From Bacteriovoracaceae bacterium (lineage in GTDB: Bacteria; Bdellovibrionota; Bacteriovoracia; Bacteriovoracales; Bacteriovoracaceae), in the NCBI GenBank assembly GCA_947451425.1, contig CANGAC010000001.1, positions 482-64,481 on the forward strand: a DNA stretch of 64,000 nucleotides, given 5' to 3'. Under the pieces are notes generated by a model, which worked only from the letters and a program-made list of their open reading frames with translations, searched no databases and was not told where the DNA came from. The position numbers and the translations under genes are program-made. Within the stretch, counting starts at the first letter, position 1, and each line of letters opens with the position of its first letter. Shown in pieces: positions 48,596 to 59,400 of this stretch.

Positions 48596-49690
48596 CTAAT
48601 AAGCGGATTGAATACCGATGAAGCCGCCGACATTATAAACGAATCCTGTGCGGAAGGAGTCAGAGCCATTCCTTTTCCAGATTCCGTCGATGTGGGCCCC
48701 ATCCTGGGCCTTATAAGTGGAGGGAGCTTCGACCTCGAACGATGTTCCGAGAACGAAATCGACTTCAGGAAAGATCTCTTTACGGTGATACTGGACTCCT
48801 ATTCTCGGAGAAAAGGTATAGGAACGGTAGGCCCGGTTATCAGCGTCGCCTGCTGTGTTTCTCTGGGTAATGCTGAGAGAGTTGAGAAGGTAGACATTCA
48901 CCCCGGCGAAAACATTCACCCGGTCCTTTACCCCTTTGAAAGCATCGTAAGTTGCATAAGGCCCCAGACCAAAACGATAATTTTCTTCCGTTGAGCTGCT
49001 TCCGCCAATAAACGTGTACTGGTTTTTATAGTGCCGGAGGTTGAAGGAGGCGCCAATGTAAAACCGGTCATTTTTCCGGTTAGAGTTTTCCCTCATCATT
49101 GTTACCGAGAAATCCAGTGGGCTTTGATAGCCCTTGGTCTTCGCTTGTCTCAGGTAAGGGTAACTTTCGGAATACGGCTGAAGAATTCCGAAGAGGAAAA
49201 TTCCCCGGAATCCTCTTTGATTCGGCTGGGGATAATTTTTGGGAAGAGGCTCTTCGAGACGATAATCTGTTTCATCACCGCGGTAAGGAGTCTGTGTAAA
49301 TTCTCTGGTGTCATTGAAGTAAACGTAGATGTGTTCTTTTTTGATAAAGGCCCGTTTTCCTCTGCGATCCAGGACGGCGATGAAATCATCCTGAAGAGTA
49401 AACGTATCGTCTTCATTTCCCCGAAACATTGGATCTTCATTCCACTCAGGAGTTTTCCGGAGCTTGCTTCTCGCCCGGGCAAGCTTCTTTGCTTCAGGGG
49501 CCAGATGATTATATTTATCGGTGTTATTAACAGACGGATGGATCGTGATGATGTCTCCTTTCCGCTTGTACTGTACAACTTTGGAGGTTTCATCCGGGGA
49601 TCGGAAATAGGGAGCTTCCAGAACCACAACTACTGCTTCCAGCGCCAGGGCTTCTCCGATCAGCAGGAAAAAGATCAGAATGAACTTCAT
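48596..49690 (-). CDS. Exported protein, probable C-terminal beta-barrel
   Basis: Signal peptide; aromatic alternating strands; ends 'GIQSAY'. Confidence 0.6.
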   Translation of the reverse strand: MKFILIFFLLIGEALALEAVVVVLEAPYFRSPDETSKVVQYKRKGDIITIHPSVNNTDKYNHLAPEAKKLARARSKLRKTPEWNEDPMFRGNEDDTFTLQDDFIAVLDRRGKRAFIKKEHIYVYFNDTREFTQTPYRGDETDYRLEEPLPKNYPQPNQRGFRGIFLFGILQPYSESYPYLRQAKTKGYQSPLDFSVTMMRENSNRKNDRFYIGASFNLRHYKNQYTFIGGSSSTEENYRFGLGPYATYDAFKGVKDRVNVFAGVNVYLLNSLSITQRNTAGDADNRAYRSYTFSPRIGVQYHRKEIFPEVDFVLGTSFEVEAPSTYKAQDGAHIDGIWKRNGSDSFRTGFVYNVGGFIGIQSAY

Positions 49691-50700
49691 TGGAACACCT
49701 GCGAAACAAAAAGCCCAAAGCTCTGATTGGTTTGATTATTGGCGCGCACACTTATAATTTCAGGCTGGTCTTTCATGTTGAGCCACTGGATCTGGTGGAA
49801 TGCTCCGAGAACAAATTGTCCCCAGCGGTTATCAAAGGGGTGTTCAAAAGTGGACATCACATCCGTGGAGTTAAATTTAAAGGCCACGTTACCGTTCACT
49901 GTTTCGCCACGGAGTTTAGCAAACGGACTCACTCTGATCTGAGTCGTGATTCTCCAGAATGTTTCAAAAAGATTGAAGTCGGACGTCCTGAACTGAGGGC
50001 CAATCGACATGGCCTCATAAAAAATCAGACCTCCACCGGTCAGGTGATAGGAAGATCTTTCATAGTGAACTGAGCCGCCAACTTTAAAAGGAAGATCCCA
50101 TTTCGTGAAAAGATGAAACGCATATTGATTCGTTGAACCGGTGCGCGCTTTGGGATCATTGAATAAATCGCGCATGTAGCGCGACTGAACAAATCCTGCG
50201 TACACGGCGCCTTCGGGAACAAGTTTTAATTTCTTATCGTATTCGGAGCGAACCATTGTTTTTGCTGTGAAGAAACGAGAGGGAGGTTCGTAGAGTGAAA
50301 TCTCTTCAGTTATGGGCTCGACGTATTTGTCGCTTGCCTTGTAAGTCATACTACCGTCTTTATTCTCAAAATAGCGAAATCCCAGTTCATCTTCGAGCTG
50401 AAACACCCTGAGGTACATGTCTTTACTCACTCGCATGGCTTTGTTGTCAGAGATTCTGTAAATAACTGTTCCTGCTTTAATGAAAGCTTCTTTAGCTCCG
50501 CTCTCAAGAATCTCCTGGAGCGGAATGATCCTAACTGGCGGACGAAAATCCCGGTTCTTTTTTTCGTATTCTACATTTCTGTAAGCATCGCGGGGAATGT
50601 CATTGTCGGGAAGAATATCTTCAAGATTCTGAATGGCCGAAAGATCGAGTTCTTCCTGAGCAAAGGCAAAAAAGGGGAGAAGAAAAAGAAAGATCCACAT
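49687..50700 (-). CDS. Exported protein, probable C-terminal beta-barrel
   Basis: Signal 'MWIFLFLLPFFAFA'; beta-rich C-terminal half; ATGA coupling. Confidence 0.6.
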   Translation of the reverse strand: MWIFLFLLPFFAFAQEELDLSAIQNLEDILPDNDIPRDAYRNVEYEKKNRDFRPPVRIIPLQEILESGAKEAFIKAGTVIYRISDNKAMRVSKDMYLRVFQLEDELGFRYFENKDGSMTYKASDKYVEPITEEISLYEPPSRFFTAKTMVRSEYDKKLKLVPEGAVYAGFVQSRYMRDLFNDPKARTGSTNQYAFHLFTKWDLPFKVGGSVHYERSSYHLTGGGLIFYEAMSIGPQFRTSDFNLFETFWRITTQIRVSPFAKLRGETVNGNVAFKFNSTDVMSTFEHPFDNRWGQFVLGAFHQIQWLNMKDQPEIISVRANNQTNQSFGLFVSQVFQ

Positions 50701-51140
50701 CAGGTGAAATCCTTCATCATTATTTCTCTCGCCTTGAGAAGCGCTTCAAAATTTCCTTCGTGCTCAACACTATTCCTGTTCGGTTCACCGACCCAGACAT
50801 AGTCCTGGTGCTCATGGGGATCAATGGTGACATCAAAAGTGCGGTCTAAAACCAGAAGATAGGATTTTTCGTGAACGTCTCTTTTTCTTCCGTCGATAAA
50901 TTTATGGGAAAGTTTCAGATCCATGAAATTGACGATCCATTCCGGTCGAAGGCTTGTCTCTTCCAGCGCTTCCCGGATTGCTCCGTCTTCGTAGGATTCA
51001 CCCGGATCAATTTTCCCGGTTACGTTTTGCCAGAATTCGCCGCGACGGACATTCGTTTGAAGGAGAAGATAGGCCAGAGATTGACTTTTTGCGTCGAGCG
51101 CAGCGATCACGACTTGGGCTTTCCGAGTTTTTTTGGCCAT
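50700..51140 (-). CDS. NUDIX hydrolase (NudB-like)
   Basis: 'FWQNVTG.IDPGE....GAIREALEET', 'EH..Y.W'. Confidence 0.85.
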   Translation of the reverse strand: MAKKTRKAQVVIAALDAKSQSLAYLLLQTNVRRGEFWQNVTGKIDPGESYEDGAIREALEETSLRPEWIVNFMDLKLSHKFIDGRKRDVHEKSYLLVLDRTFDVTIDPHEHQDYVWVGEPNRNSVEHEGNFEALLKAREIMMKDFT

Positions 51141-51272
51141 GATTTATTATCAAGGACGGTCGGGAATTTGTCCAAAAACACTTCCAGTTTTTAAAGGCTT
51201 TGCGAAGTGTCACCGACAAAATTCGTCAACTTATAAATTGCGTCATAATTCGCGATTTGATATGAATGACCC

Positions 51273-51959
51273 ATGACAGACATCAACGGAATCCTCTTCA
51301 ACATAGCCCAGTCGCTACCGGGTTTTCTTTTAGCGATTGTGGCCCATGAAGCGGCCCATGCCTGGATGGCCAATTACTTTGGCGATCCGACGGCCAAGAA
51401 CGAAGGGCGCCTGACCCTGAATCCCGCTGCCCATTACGATCCCTTTGGAACGATTCTTTTTCCTCTTCTGGCCGCCGCCACGAATTTTGCGATGATCGGT
51501 TGGGCCCGTCCGGTTCCGGTTGAATCAAGGAATTTTAAGAAAGTCCGGCAGGGCATTTTCTGGGTGAGTTTTGCGGGGCCTCTTACCAATCTCATTATCG
51601 GAACTCTTTCGGCACTTCTACTCGCTATCATTGCCACAAAAGTTTCTGCGGATTGGGGATTTTATACAATCTCTCTTCGCATGCTCCGCTATTCGGTCTT
51701 CATCAATTTCATTCTCGCTTTCTTCAATCTGATTCCGCTTCCGCCACTTGATGGTTCAAAAATGGTGTCTTCCTTCCTCAAGGGAAATGCTTTACGGAGC
51801 TACGAAAATTTCGCCCAGTACACTCCTATGATTTTTATTGGAATTATGGCGCTGAGTTTTATGGGCGTGCATACGCTGAGTTACCTGCTTCAACCGGCGA
51901 GTGACCTCGCAAATTATGTGATGTTCGGCTTCGTCGGACTCTTTGGTGGCATGGGATGA
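51273..51959 (+). CDS. Site-2 protease (M50) family
   Basis: 'HEAAH', 'AGP.TN', 'FNLIPLPPLDG'. Confidence 0.95.
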   Translation: MTDINGILFNIAQSLPGFLLAIVAHEAAHAWMANYFGDPTAKNEGRLTLNPAAHYDPFGTILFPLLAAATNFAMIGWARPVPVESRNFKKVRQGIFWVSFAGPLTNLIIGTLSALLLAIIATKVSADWGFYTISLRMLRYSVFINFILAFFNLIPLPPLDGSKMVSSFLKGNALRSYENFAQYTPMIFIGIMALSFMGVHTLSYLLQPASDLANYVMFGFVGLFGGMG

Positions 51960-52028
51960 AAGATTTAGTGAGTTTGCGGATGACCTCATATTTGAGATTG
52001 TTTCCCTCTACCATCATAGAGGTCCTGC

Positions 52029-52865
52029 ATGACTGAAAATGAAATCCTGGTAAAGGTCGACCGGTTTGACGGTCCCTTGGCCCTTCTTCTCCATCTTGTT
52101 CAGAAAGAGGAGATGCGTATCCAGGAGCTTGAGCTCAATACGATTACGAATCAGTATCTCGATTACCTGCAGAAGATGCAGGATCTGAATTTTGATCTCG
52201 CCGGTGAATACCTCTTCATGGCGGCGACTCTTCTTTATCTGAAATCCCAGACCGTGGCCGATGAATCCCAGGATCAGAATCTGATCAAGATCACTGCTGG
52301 CGAAATGGGTCTTGAAATCCAGACTCGTGGCGAGCTTATCAAGCGGCTTGAGGAACTCGAGCGCTTTCAGCGCCTGGGCCAGCGTCTCTGGGGGCTTAAT
52401 AAAAAGGGTCACGAAATCTTCGTGAAGCCAAAAGTTGATCGTAAGGCCATTGAGAATTCCATTCTGACACCGATCGATCTCCAGCAGCTCACAGAAACCA
52501 TGATGGATCTCATCCGTCGCGAGAAAAAGAAATACGCTGTTGTTAAGCGCGACCGTCTTTCGATCAAAGAAAAACTCATCCGCCTGAAGTCGATGCTGAA
52601 GCAGGGTGAGACAACTCAGTTTGATAAGCTTCTCGACGAAAACGACACGAGTATCATCGACAAGGTCATTACGTTCATTTCTCTTCTTGAGCTTGCACGC
52701 CTGAAGAAACTGGAAATTTATCAGAACGAAGACCTGGGAAATATTTATATTGATGTGAAAGAGAGTCTTGAGACTTTCGATCCGGAAAGCGCCAACGGTT
52801 TTGAACCAGAATCTGAGCAGACTGCAGCTCCAGCGGCCACGCCGCCGGATGCTGTCATCCAATAA
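52029..52865 (+). CDS. scpA: Segregation and condensation protein A
   Basis: 'FDGPL.LLL.L', 'AGEYL.MAATL..LKS', 'F.SLLEL'. Confidence 0.93.
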   Translation: MTENEILVKVDRFDGPLALLLHLVQKEEMRIQELELNTITNQYLDYLQKMQDLNFDLAGEYLFMAATLLYLKSQTVADESQDQNLIKITAGEMGLEIQTRGELIKRLEELERFQRLGQRLWGLNKKGHEIFVKPKVDRKAIENSILTPIDLQQLTETMMDLIRREKKKYAVVKRDRLSIKEKLIRLKSMLKQGETTQFDKLLDENDTSIIDKVITFISLLELARLKKLEIYQNEDLGNIYIDVKESLETFDPESANGFEPESEQTAAPAATPPDAVIQ

Positions 52866-52874
52866 GGAACTGAC

Positions 52875-54227
52875 ATGGATACGACTGACATCAACTACGA
52901 ATGGGATCTCGCTCTTGAAGACGCGGCCATTACTGAAATAGCGGAAGTAGAAGCGGAGACTCCTCCGGAGTTCGCTCTTGATGTTGCGTTCTTCGACGAG
53001 AAGTCGCAGGAAGATATGCTGTGGCAGGCACGCACCGGCCTCAATGTTGATACTCTTTGTGGCGCCATTGAAACCATTATTTTCATGTCGGACCGTCCGA
53101 TCTCAATCCAGAAAATTAAGGCCCAGATCGACACCGAACTTCCTCTCCGTGTGATTCACGAATCCCTCACAAAACTTCAGGCGGGTTACGAAGAGAAGTT
53201 TCACGGGATTCGTCTCGTGGAAGTGGCGGAAGGGTATCAATTCCGTACCAAAGCGACTTATTCGAAATTCGTTCAGAATCTTTTCAAGATCAACTCGCTT
53301 GTTCTCACTCCGACAGCTCTCGAAGTTCTCGCGATCATTGCGTACAAGCAGCCGGTCTCGAAAAACGACGTGGAAAAAATCCGCGGAGTGGATTCCTCAC
53401 ACATTATCCGCGCCCTCATGGACAAGCGCCTGGTTCAGATCACCGGTCGCTCGGAAGAACTGGGTCGTCCTTCTCTGTTCGGAACAACTTCTGAGTTCCT
53501 CGAAGTTTTCAACCTCGCTGACATCAACGCCCTTCCACCAGAGTATGAACTCGAGGAAATGGCGACGAAAAATACTATTGGTACAATTGCTGACATTAAG
53601 TCTGTTGTGTTCCGTGGTGAGAATAACAACCGCTTCACCGTTGATGAATTTGAAGAGCTCGATAAGCTTTCTGAGAACATCCAGCACATCCCATCGGATA
53701 CCATCTTCACTGCTCTCCTGAAATCAGAAGAGAAGAGAAAGACTGATGGAGAAACAATCGTTCGTAAGTCGGCTTTCGATATCCTCGAAGATTTCGTGAA
53801 TAAAGAAGCTTCTCTTCGCCAGAATCAACTCGCTACCGCTTCCAATACTCTCATGAATGTCGTGGAGGCCCGTTCGGTAGATATCTCGCTTGAAGGTGTC
53901 ATCTTCAATGCTCCGGTGATTGATGAAGAGTTCGAAGCTCTCCGCGCGCAGGACATGGCGGAAATCGATGCTCAGGAAGAGAAAATGAAGGCACAGGCCT
54001 TTGCTTTTGAAGCTGAGTCTCTCGAAGCTGCTCTTGATAAAGTCTTTGCCGACATGGTTGCCGGTGAAAAACTTGAAGAAGGAGAGATGGAATTTGCGGT
54101 GGATGGTGAAGAGGAAAACCTCGACGCTTCTATCGGAGAGGCGATTGAAAAAGCTCGGGATCTCGATATCGATCTGGCATTTCTGAATGAGACTTCAGAG
54201 GCCGATCACACCGATTCCGAAGCCTAA
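52875..54227 (+). CDS. scpB: Segregation and condensation protein B with acidic extensions
   Basis: 'EVAEGYQFRT', 'ALEVLAIIAYKQPV', 'IRGVDS', 'GRP.LFGTT.EFL..F'. Confidence 0.93.
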   Translation: MDTTDINYEWDLALEDAAITEIAEVEAETPPEFALDVAFFDEKSQEDMLWQARTGLNVDTLCGAIETIIFMSDRPISIQKIKAQIDTELPLRVIHESLTKLQAGYEEKFHGIRLVEVAEGYQFRTKATYSKFVQNLFKINSLVLTPTALEVLAIIAYKQPVSKNDVEKIRGVDSSHIIRALMDKRLVQITGRSEELGRPSLFGTTSEFLEVFNLADINALPPEYELEEMATKNTIGTIADIKSVVFRGENNNRFTVDEFEELDKLSENIQHIPSDTIFTALLKSEEKRKTDGETIVRKSAFDILEDFVNKEASLRQNQLATASNTLMNVVEARSVDISLEGVIFNAPVIDEEFEALRAQDMAEIDAQEEKMKAQAFAFEAESLEAALDKVFADMVAGEKLEEGEMEFAVDGEEENLDASIGEAIEKARDLDIDLAFLNETSEADHTDSEA

Positions 54228-54239
54228 GCTCTTAATTTC

Positions 54240-54275
54240 CCTGCGCTTGACCAAGCGCAGGCTCGAGAGTAAAAC
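54240..54275 (+). promoter_or_regulatory. Putative sigma70 promoter of rluB with palindrome over -35
   Basis: TTGACC-N17-TAAAAC; CCTGCGCTTG-ac-CAAGCGCAGG. Confidence 0.5.
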
Positions 54276-54320
54276 TGGCTTTCAAATAATAACTGCCGTG
54301 ATGGTAGATGGAGGTACACA

Positions 54321-55364
54321 ATGACTGATTCAGTCAATAATCAAGAAATTCAAGTTCGTCTTCAGAAAGTTATCGCTGACTGCGGGATCACTTCACGCCG
54401 TAAGGCCGAAGGACTCATCCTCGATGGTCGCGTCACAGTGAATGGAAGAACGGTCACTGAACTCGGAACGAAAGTGAATCCTCATACGGATATCATCCAG
54501 GTGGATGAGCGCACGATCGAACTCGCTTCCGTTGATAAGATCTATCTCGTGATGAACAAGCCACGCGCTTACATGACGACTCTTTCCGATCCTGAAGGAC
54601 GTCCGACAGTGATGGAACTCATCTATGGTGTGAAGCAGAGAATTTTCCCTGTAGGTCGCCTGGATTATCTTTCAGAAGGTCTTCTTATCCTGACGAACGA
54701 TGGTGATCTTGCCAACATGATCATGCACCCACGTTATGAAGTCGAAAAAGTTTATGAAGTAAAAGTCTTCGGTCACGTGAATGAAGCGATTCTTGCGCGC
54801 ATCCGTCGTGGTGTGATGACTGAAGACGGACTCATGAAACCGAAATCTGTCCGCGTGATCGAGCAGCTTCCGAATAAAACATGGCTCGAATTCCGCCTGA
54901 ATGAAGGGAAGAACAGAGAGATCAGAAAGATTTGTGATGCGGTTGATTTGACCGTTGATAAACTTCGTCGTGTTGCGATCGAGGGACTGAACATCCAGTC
55001 ACTTCCGGTGGGACAGTACATGTTCACAACGAGAAAAGAACTCCTCAAGGCCCTTGGTCTCAATGACCACGGCGAGAAAGTCCAGGATCGTAAGTTTGTT
55101 TCTATGAAGAAGACATTAAACGTGACGAAAGTCGCGAAGATCGTTTCGAAAACTGCGCGTCCTGCGGATGACAAGAGATTCCAGAGTTTCCGTAAGGAAA
55201 GCTATTACGAGACTGTGAGATCCATCAAGGAAACCCAGATGAGAACAGCTGAAGAAGAAGCGACCAAAGTTGCAGAAGCAGAAGCTCAGGATACGGCGAT
55301 CAGATTTGCACGGACGATGAAACGTCCGGCAAAACAACGGACTCGTTATGGAAATAAAGGTTAA
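54321..55364 (+). CDS. rluB: rRNA pseudouridine synthase (RluB/RsuA family)
   Basis: S4 'RLQK.IA..G..SRRKAE'; 'GRLDYLSEGLL..TNDG'; follows scpAB. Confidence 0.9.
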   Translation: MTDSVNNQEIQVRLQKVIADCGITSRRKAEGLILDGRVTVNGRTVTELGTKVNPHTDIIQVDERTIELASVDKIYLVMNKPRAYMTTLSDPEGRPTVMELIYGVKQRIFPVGRLDYLSEGLLILTNDGDLANMIMHPRYEVEKVYEVKVFGHVNEAILARIRRGVMTEDGLMKPKSVRVIEQLPNKTWLEFRLNEGKNREIRKICDAVDLTVDKLRRVAIEGLNIQSLPVGQYMFTTRKELLKALGLNDHGEKVQDRKFVSMKKTLNVTKVAKIVSKTARPADDKRFQSFRKESYYETVRSIKETQMRTAEEEATKVAEAEAQDTAIRFARTMKRPAKQRTRYGNKG

Positions 55365-56448
55365 GAAAGGACGAATTCTCGTCTACCGCGTTTACGACAT
55401 TGGTTCAGAGATTGATCTTGATAAGGTTGAGGCACTCTTTGAGGATAAAAAACTCAAGGAGCGCTTCAAGCTCGAGAGAAAAAATAAATCCCTCATCATT
55501 TCCCGTACCCCTGTTTCGATTCAGCTCGGAACAATTGAACTTAATTTCGACGATAAAAAAATTACCGCTGACCTCACCGCGAAAGTCTGGCATTTCGGAA
55601 CAGTCTCACTTTGTTTTCAGATACCGATTCTTCCTGGTACGTCATGGCCTGAGCTGGTAGAGACAGCGGCGTGGCTGGAAAACGATGGAGAGATTAATCA
55701 TCTCGCCCAGAGCAAGGCAAAAGAATTTCAAAACGACATCCGGAGTGCCATCGCCACTGTGACTGACTGGACATGGAATGAAGATTACGTGATCTATTTC
55801 ATCCAGGAATTTGATGGACTCGACTGTCCCGTGGCGCAGCTGATTGAGAAGGTCGACGTCCCGGCACTGATTCTTGCTGAAGCCAGAGAACATCTGTCCG
55901 ACTCCATGAAGAAGAACATTCTCGATAATCGATTTCAGTACTCGCGTGATGACCTCGTTGTCGTGGACTGGAACTCGGCCCTGGTGGTTGAGCCCAACGG
56001 ATCGATGGACGTACCTTTGGTCATCGAATTTTCCTTAAACCAGCTTCTCGAAATGAGGGTCTACGATGACATTCTCGATCAACGGCTGAACACGCTTTAC
56101 AATGAAGTCGTGGGAAAGAAAAAGGGCCTTTTTAATAATAAATATTCGGCCCTCGCCGAAGAGGCCGGCCAGATCTATCTGGAAATTTCTGAGATCGTGG
56201 AGAATGTGGAAAACTCCTTCAAGACTGTGGGGGATTTCTATCTCGCAACAATCTTCAGGGCGTCGTCGCAAAGATTCAGATTTGATGACTGGAAGAGAAG
56301 TATTGATGAGAAACTGGGTAACCTTGCTGAAGTATCCAAACTTCTTCACTCGGAGGTTAACGAGTCAAGAAACCAGATGATGGAAATCATCGTCATTCTT
56401 CTGATTGCCGTTGAGGTCATCCCGCTCATTCTCGATCATATCTTTTAG
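55348..56448 (+). CDS. RMD1/DUF155-like protein with C-terminal TM
   Basis: 'QLLE.R.YD..LD', 'GDFYLA.I', terminal 'MEIIVILLIAVE'. Confidence 0.6.
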   Translation: MEIKVKKGRILVYRVYDIGSEIDLDKVEALFEDKKLKERFKLERKNKSLIISRTPVSIQLGTIELNFDDKKITADLTAKVWHFGTVSLCFQIPILPGTSWPELVETAAWLENDGEINHLAQSKAKEFQNDIRSAIATVTDWTWNEDYVIYFIQEFDGLDCPVAQLIEKVDVPALILAEAREHLSDSMKKNILDNRFQYSRDDLVVVDWNSALVVEPNGSMDVPLVIEFSLNQLLEMRVYDDILDQRLNTLYNEVVGKKKGLFNNKYSALAEEAGQIYLEISEIVENVENSFKTVGDFYLATIFRASSQRFRFDDWKRSIDEKLGNLAEVSKLLHSEVNESRNQMMEIIVILLIAVEVIPLILDHIF

Positions 56449-56494
56449 CCTTCCGCATTGTGTTTTCTTTCTGATCTTCTCTTAGAATCTCCCT

Positions 56495-59400
56495 ATGAAA
56501 AAAATCTTAAAATCGCTCCTCGGGCTTGCCCTCGTTTTCCTCTTTATTAGTCTTTCCCCTTCCATGGCCAGTAAACCAACCGCCAAAGAAGAAGTGGATG
56601 CTCTCATCAATGAGCAAAAATATTCAGAAGCCCTGAAGAAGGTTCAGGCAAACATCGAAGAATTAAAATCCGGAAAAAAAGACCGTGAGTGGGCGAGGCT
56701 CATCGTCCAGGAGGCGATGCTGAAGATCGGCCTTCACGGATATGAAACTTCGGTCAAAGAACTTCGTGCCAGAGAGTGGCCAGCTGAAGCAGTTGCGCAC
56801 GCAATGGTGAGCATTGCTTATTCAAGATCTCTCCAGCTTTATCACCAGGCCTATTCCTGGGAAATCAGAAAGCGCGAGAAAATGTCCGGCCAGAAAGAGT
56901 TCAATCTGAAAACTCTGACGTCCGAAGAAATTTATCAAGAAGCTTACGCAGGTTTTGAGAAGGCCTGGAAAATCAGAGATGAATTGGGAAGTGTAAAAAA
57001 AGACGCTCTCCCGGAAATTATCAGCCCGAACAATTATCCCTCAGAAGTCCGTGGCACTCTTCGTGATACGTTAAGTTACCTCATCGCGGGATTTCTCGCT
57101 GATACTTCGGGATGGTCTCCAGAGGATTCCGGTCGAACATATACTCTCGATGCAGGAGCGCTTCTCGAAAAAGAGGCTAAGTTTCCCATCAGTGATCCGA
57201 AATTCCATCCTGTGCAAAAGATCGCTTACATCCTGAGGGATCTTGAGTCATGGCATTCAAATAAAGGCGAAAGACAGGCCGCTCTGGAAGCGAAACTCGA
57301 ACTCATCCGGGTTCTTTCAACGCAATTGACTTCCGTCTCAGCAAAGAAAAAGATCCAGTCTACCCTTGAGTCACTAGCAAAAAAACAGATGACCAATCCC
57401 TGGGTCTCTATGGTTTTCGCCACACTCGGTGAAATTCTCCGGAGTGATGGACAAGAAAAAATTGCTCTCGGTTGGGCGACAAAAGGTGCTCAGGCATTTG
57501 CAACTTCTCCGGGAGCTGCCCGTTGCCGGGATCTGATTCATGAGATTGAAAGACCGGCTTTGTCCATTGAAGGCATGAATATCGATGGCCATGGGAAGCA
57601 GTCTGTTGGACTCAATTACAAAAATCTGAAGAAGGTCTATTTCCGCAGTCACAAAATTGATTTCAGGAATTTTATCCGCACCACAAAGGACTATTCATTA
57701 CGACCAGGCTGGAGAGAGCTTGAACCTTTTCTGAAAGAAGTGCCGACTTATAAGTGGGATAATTCTCTTCTTGAGACAACTGATTACAAGCAACACGTCT
57801 CCTACGTAACTCCACCAGCACATAAACCCGGCCTCTACGCCATTATGGTTTCCAACGAGGAGAGTTTCAGCTCCGGGGTCATCATGGGCATAGAAATGTT
57901 CGTGAGTGACTATGTCTTCCAGGTGAGTCGCAATTATGAGAAGCAGGAATTTACTGTTCAGGTTCTAAGTGGGGCAAAAGGTGAGCCGATTAAAGACGCG
58001 GTTGTCTCCCTTTATAGTGCGGATTATCGCAATGGGCACAAGCTTCTGACTGATGAAAAAACAAATACAGATGGGAAGGCTCGTTTCATTGCCCGGTCTA
58101 TCATCAACACGTCTAATTCGTTCTTCTTTGTTGTCGAAAAAGACGGTCAGGTCATCGGATCGAAAGGTCCTGATTCGATGTATGCGCAGGGAACTGATAA
58201 CAGCACGACTTCAGAATCCTTCATCTACACTGACCGGAGCATCTACCGTCCGGAGCAGAAGATTTTGTGGAAGATTGTAGCGTACCGCGGTTCGAGATCA
58301 GAAAAAGAATTCAAGGTTGATGCCGCTCAGGTCGTGACGGTCGAGCTTCTTGATGCCAATTACGAAGTCGTCCAGAAAGCAACGGTGAAAACAAACAAGT
58401 TCGGTTCAGCTTCTGGTGAATTCCTTGTGCCGAAGGGTAAGCTCCTCGGAAACTGGACCATGCGAAGCACTCACGGCGGTGGGACATCAATCAAAATTGA
58501 AGAATACAAGCGGCCAACATTTTTGGTTGAGTTCGATGAAAAAGGCGGGGACTTCAGGCTGAATAAAGACGCCGTGGTGAAAGGTAAAGCGAAATATTAT
58601 TTCGGCATGCCGGTGACTGGAGGAAATGCCCGCTGGACTGTCAAACGTCAGGCGATCCTTCCGTGGTGGTGTTTCTGGGGAAGATGGAATTGGGGTAACG
58701 TTCAGAACAGTGAAGTGATTGCCGCCGGGTCTTCACCGATTAAAGACGACGGATCTTTTGAGATTAAATTCAGGCCGGTAGCGAATGAAGACGTCGAAGA
58801 TGTGAAAGGGATTAACTACAACTACCAGGTGAAAGCCGACGTCACAGATGAGGGCGGAGAAACGAGATCTACGGAACTCTCTAACACCATCGGATTCAGT
58901 GCCGTCACAGCTTCTTTTCTCATGAATGAGAATTTCTTCCTCGCAGGAAAAAAAGCTGAACTCATTGTGACGAGAACTGACCTCAGCGGGAGACCGCTTG
59001 CTGGTAAGGGCACGTGGAAACTCGTTAAGCTTCAATTGCCGAAAACAACTGTTCCCCCATCGGAACTCCCGGCACCGAAAGAACTTACAAACATTAAGGG
59101 AGACAAACTTGTCTTTCCTGACGATCTGAAAAAATCACGCTGGTCACCTGACTACCGACCGGAATTTGCCATCCGGGAATGGAAATCCGGGGAAGAAGTG
59201 ACGAAGGGAAGTCTTTCTCACGGTGAAAATGGAAAAGGGAATGTTTCCCTTCCGGCACTGAAAGAAGGGGCTTACCGGCTGGTTTATGAAACGAAAGACA
59301 GCTTTAACACTCCCTTTGAGGGCCAGAAAGATTTCCTCGTCGTAGGAGATAAAACGATTTTCCCATTACCCGGGTTATTCCTTCTTGAGCGTTCAAGTGT

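Noticed and set aside
52014-52862. Long antisense ORFs (282 aa opposite scpA; also 49031-49726, 33609-34232, 24314-24928)
   Set aside because: Shadows of well-supported genes, with no motifs or RBS
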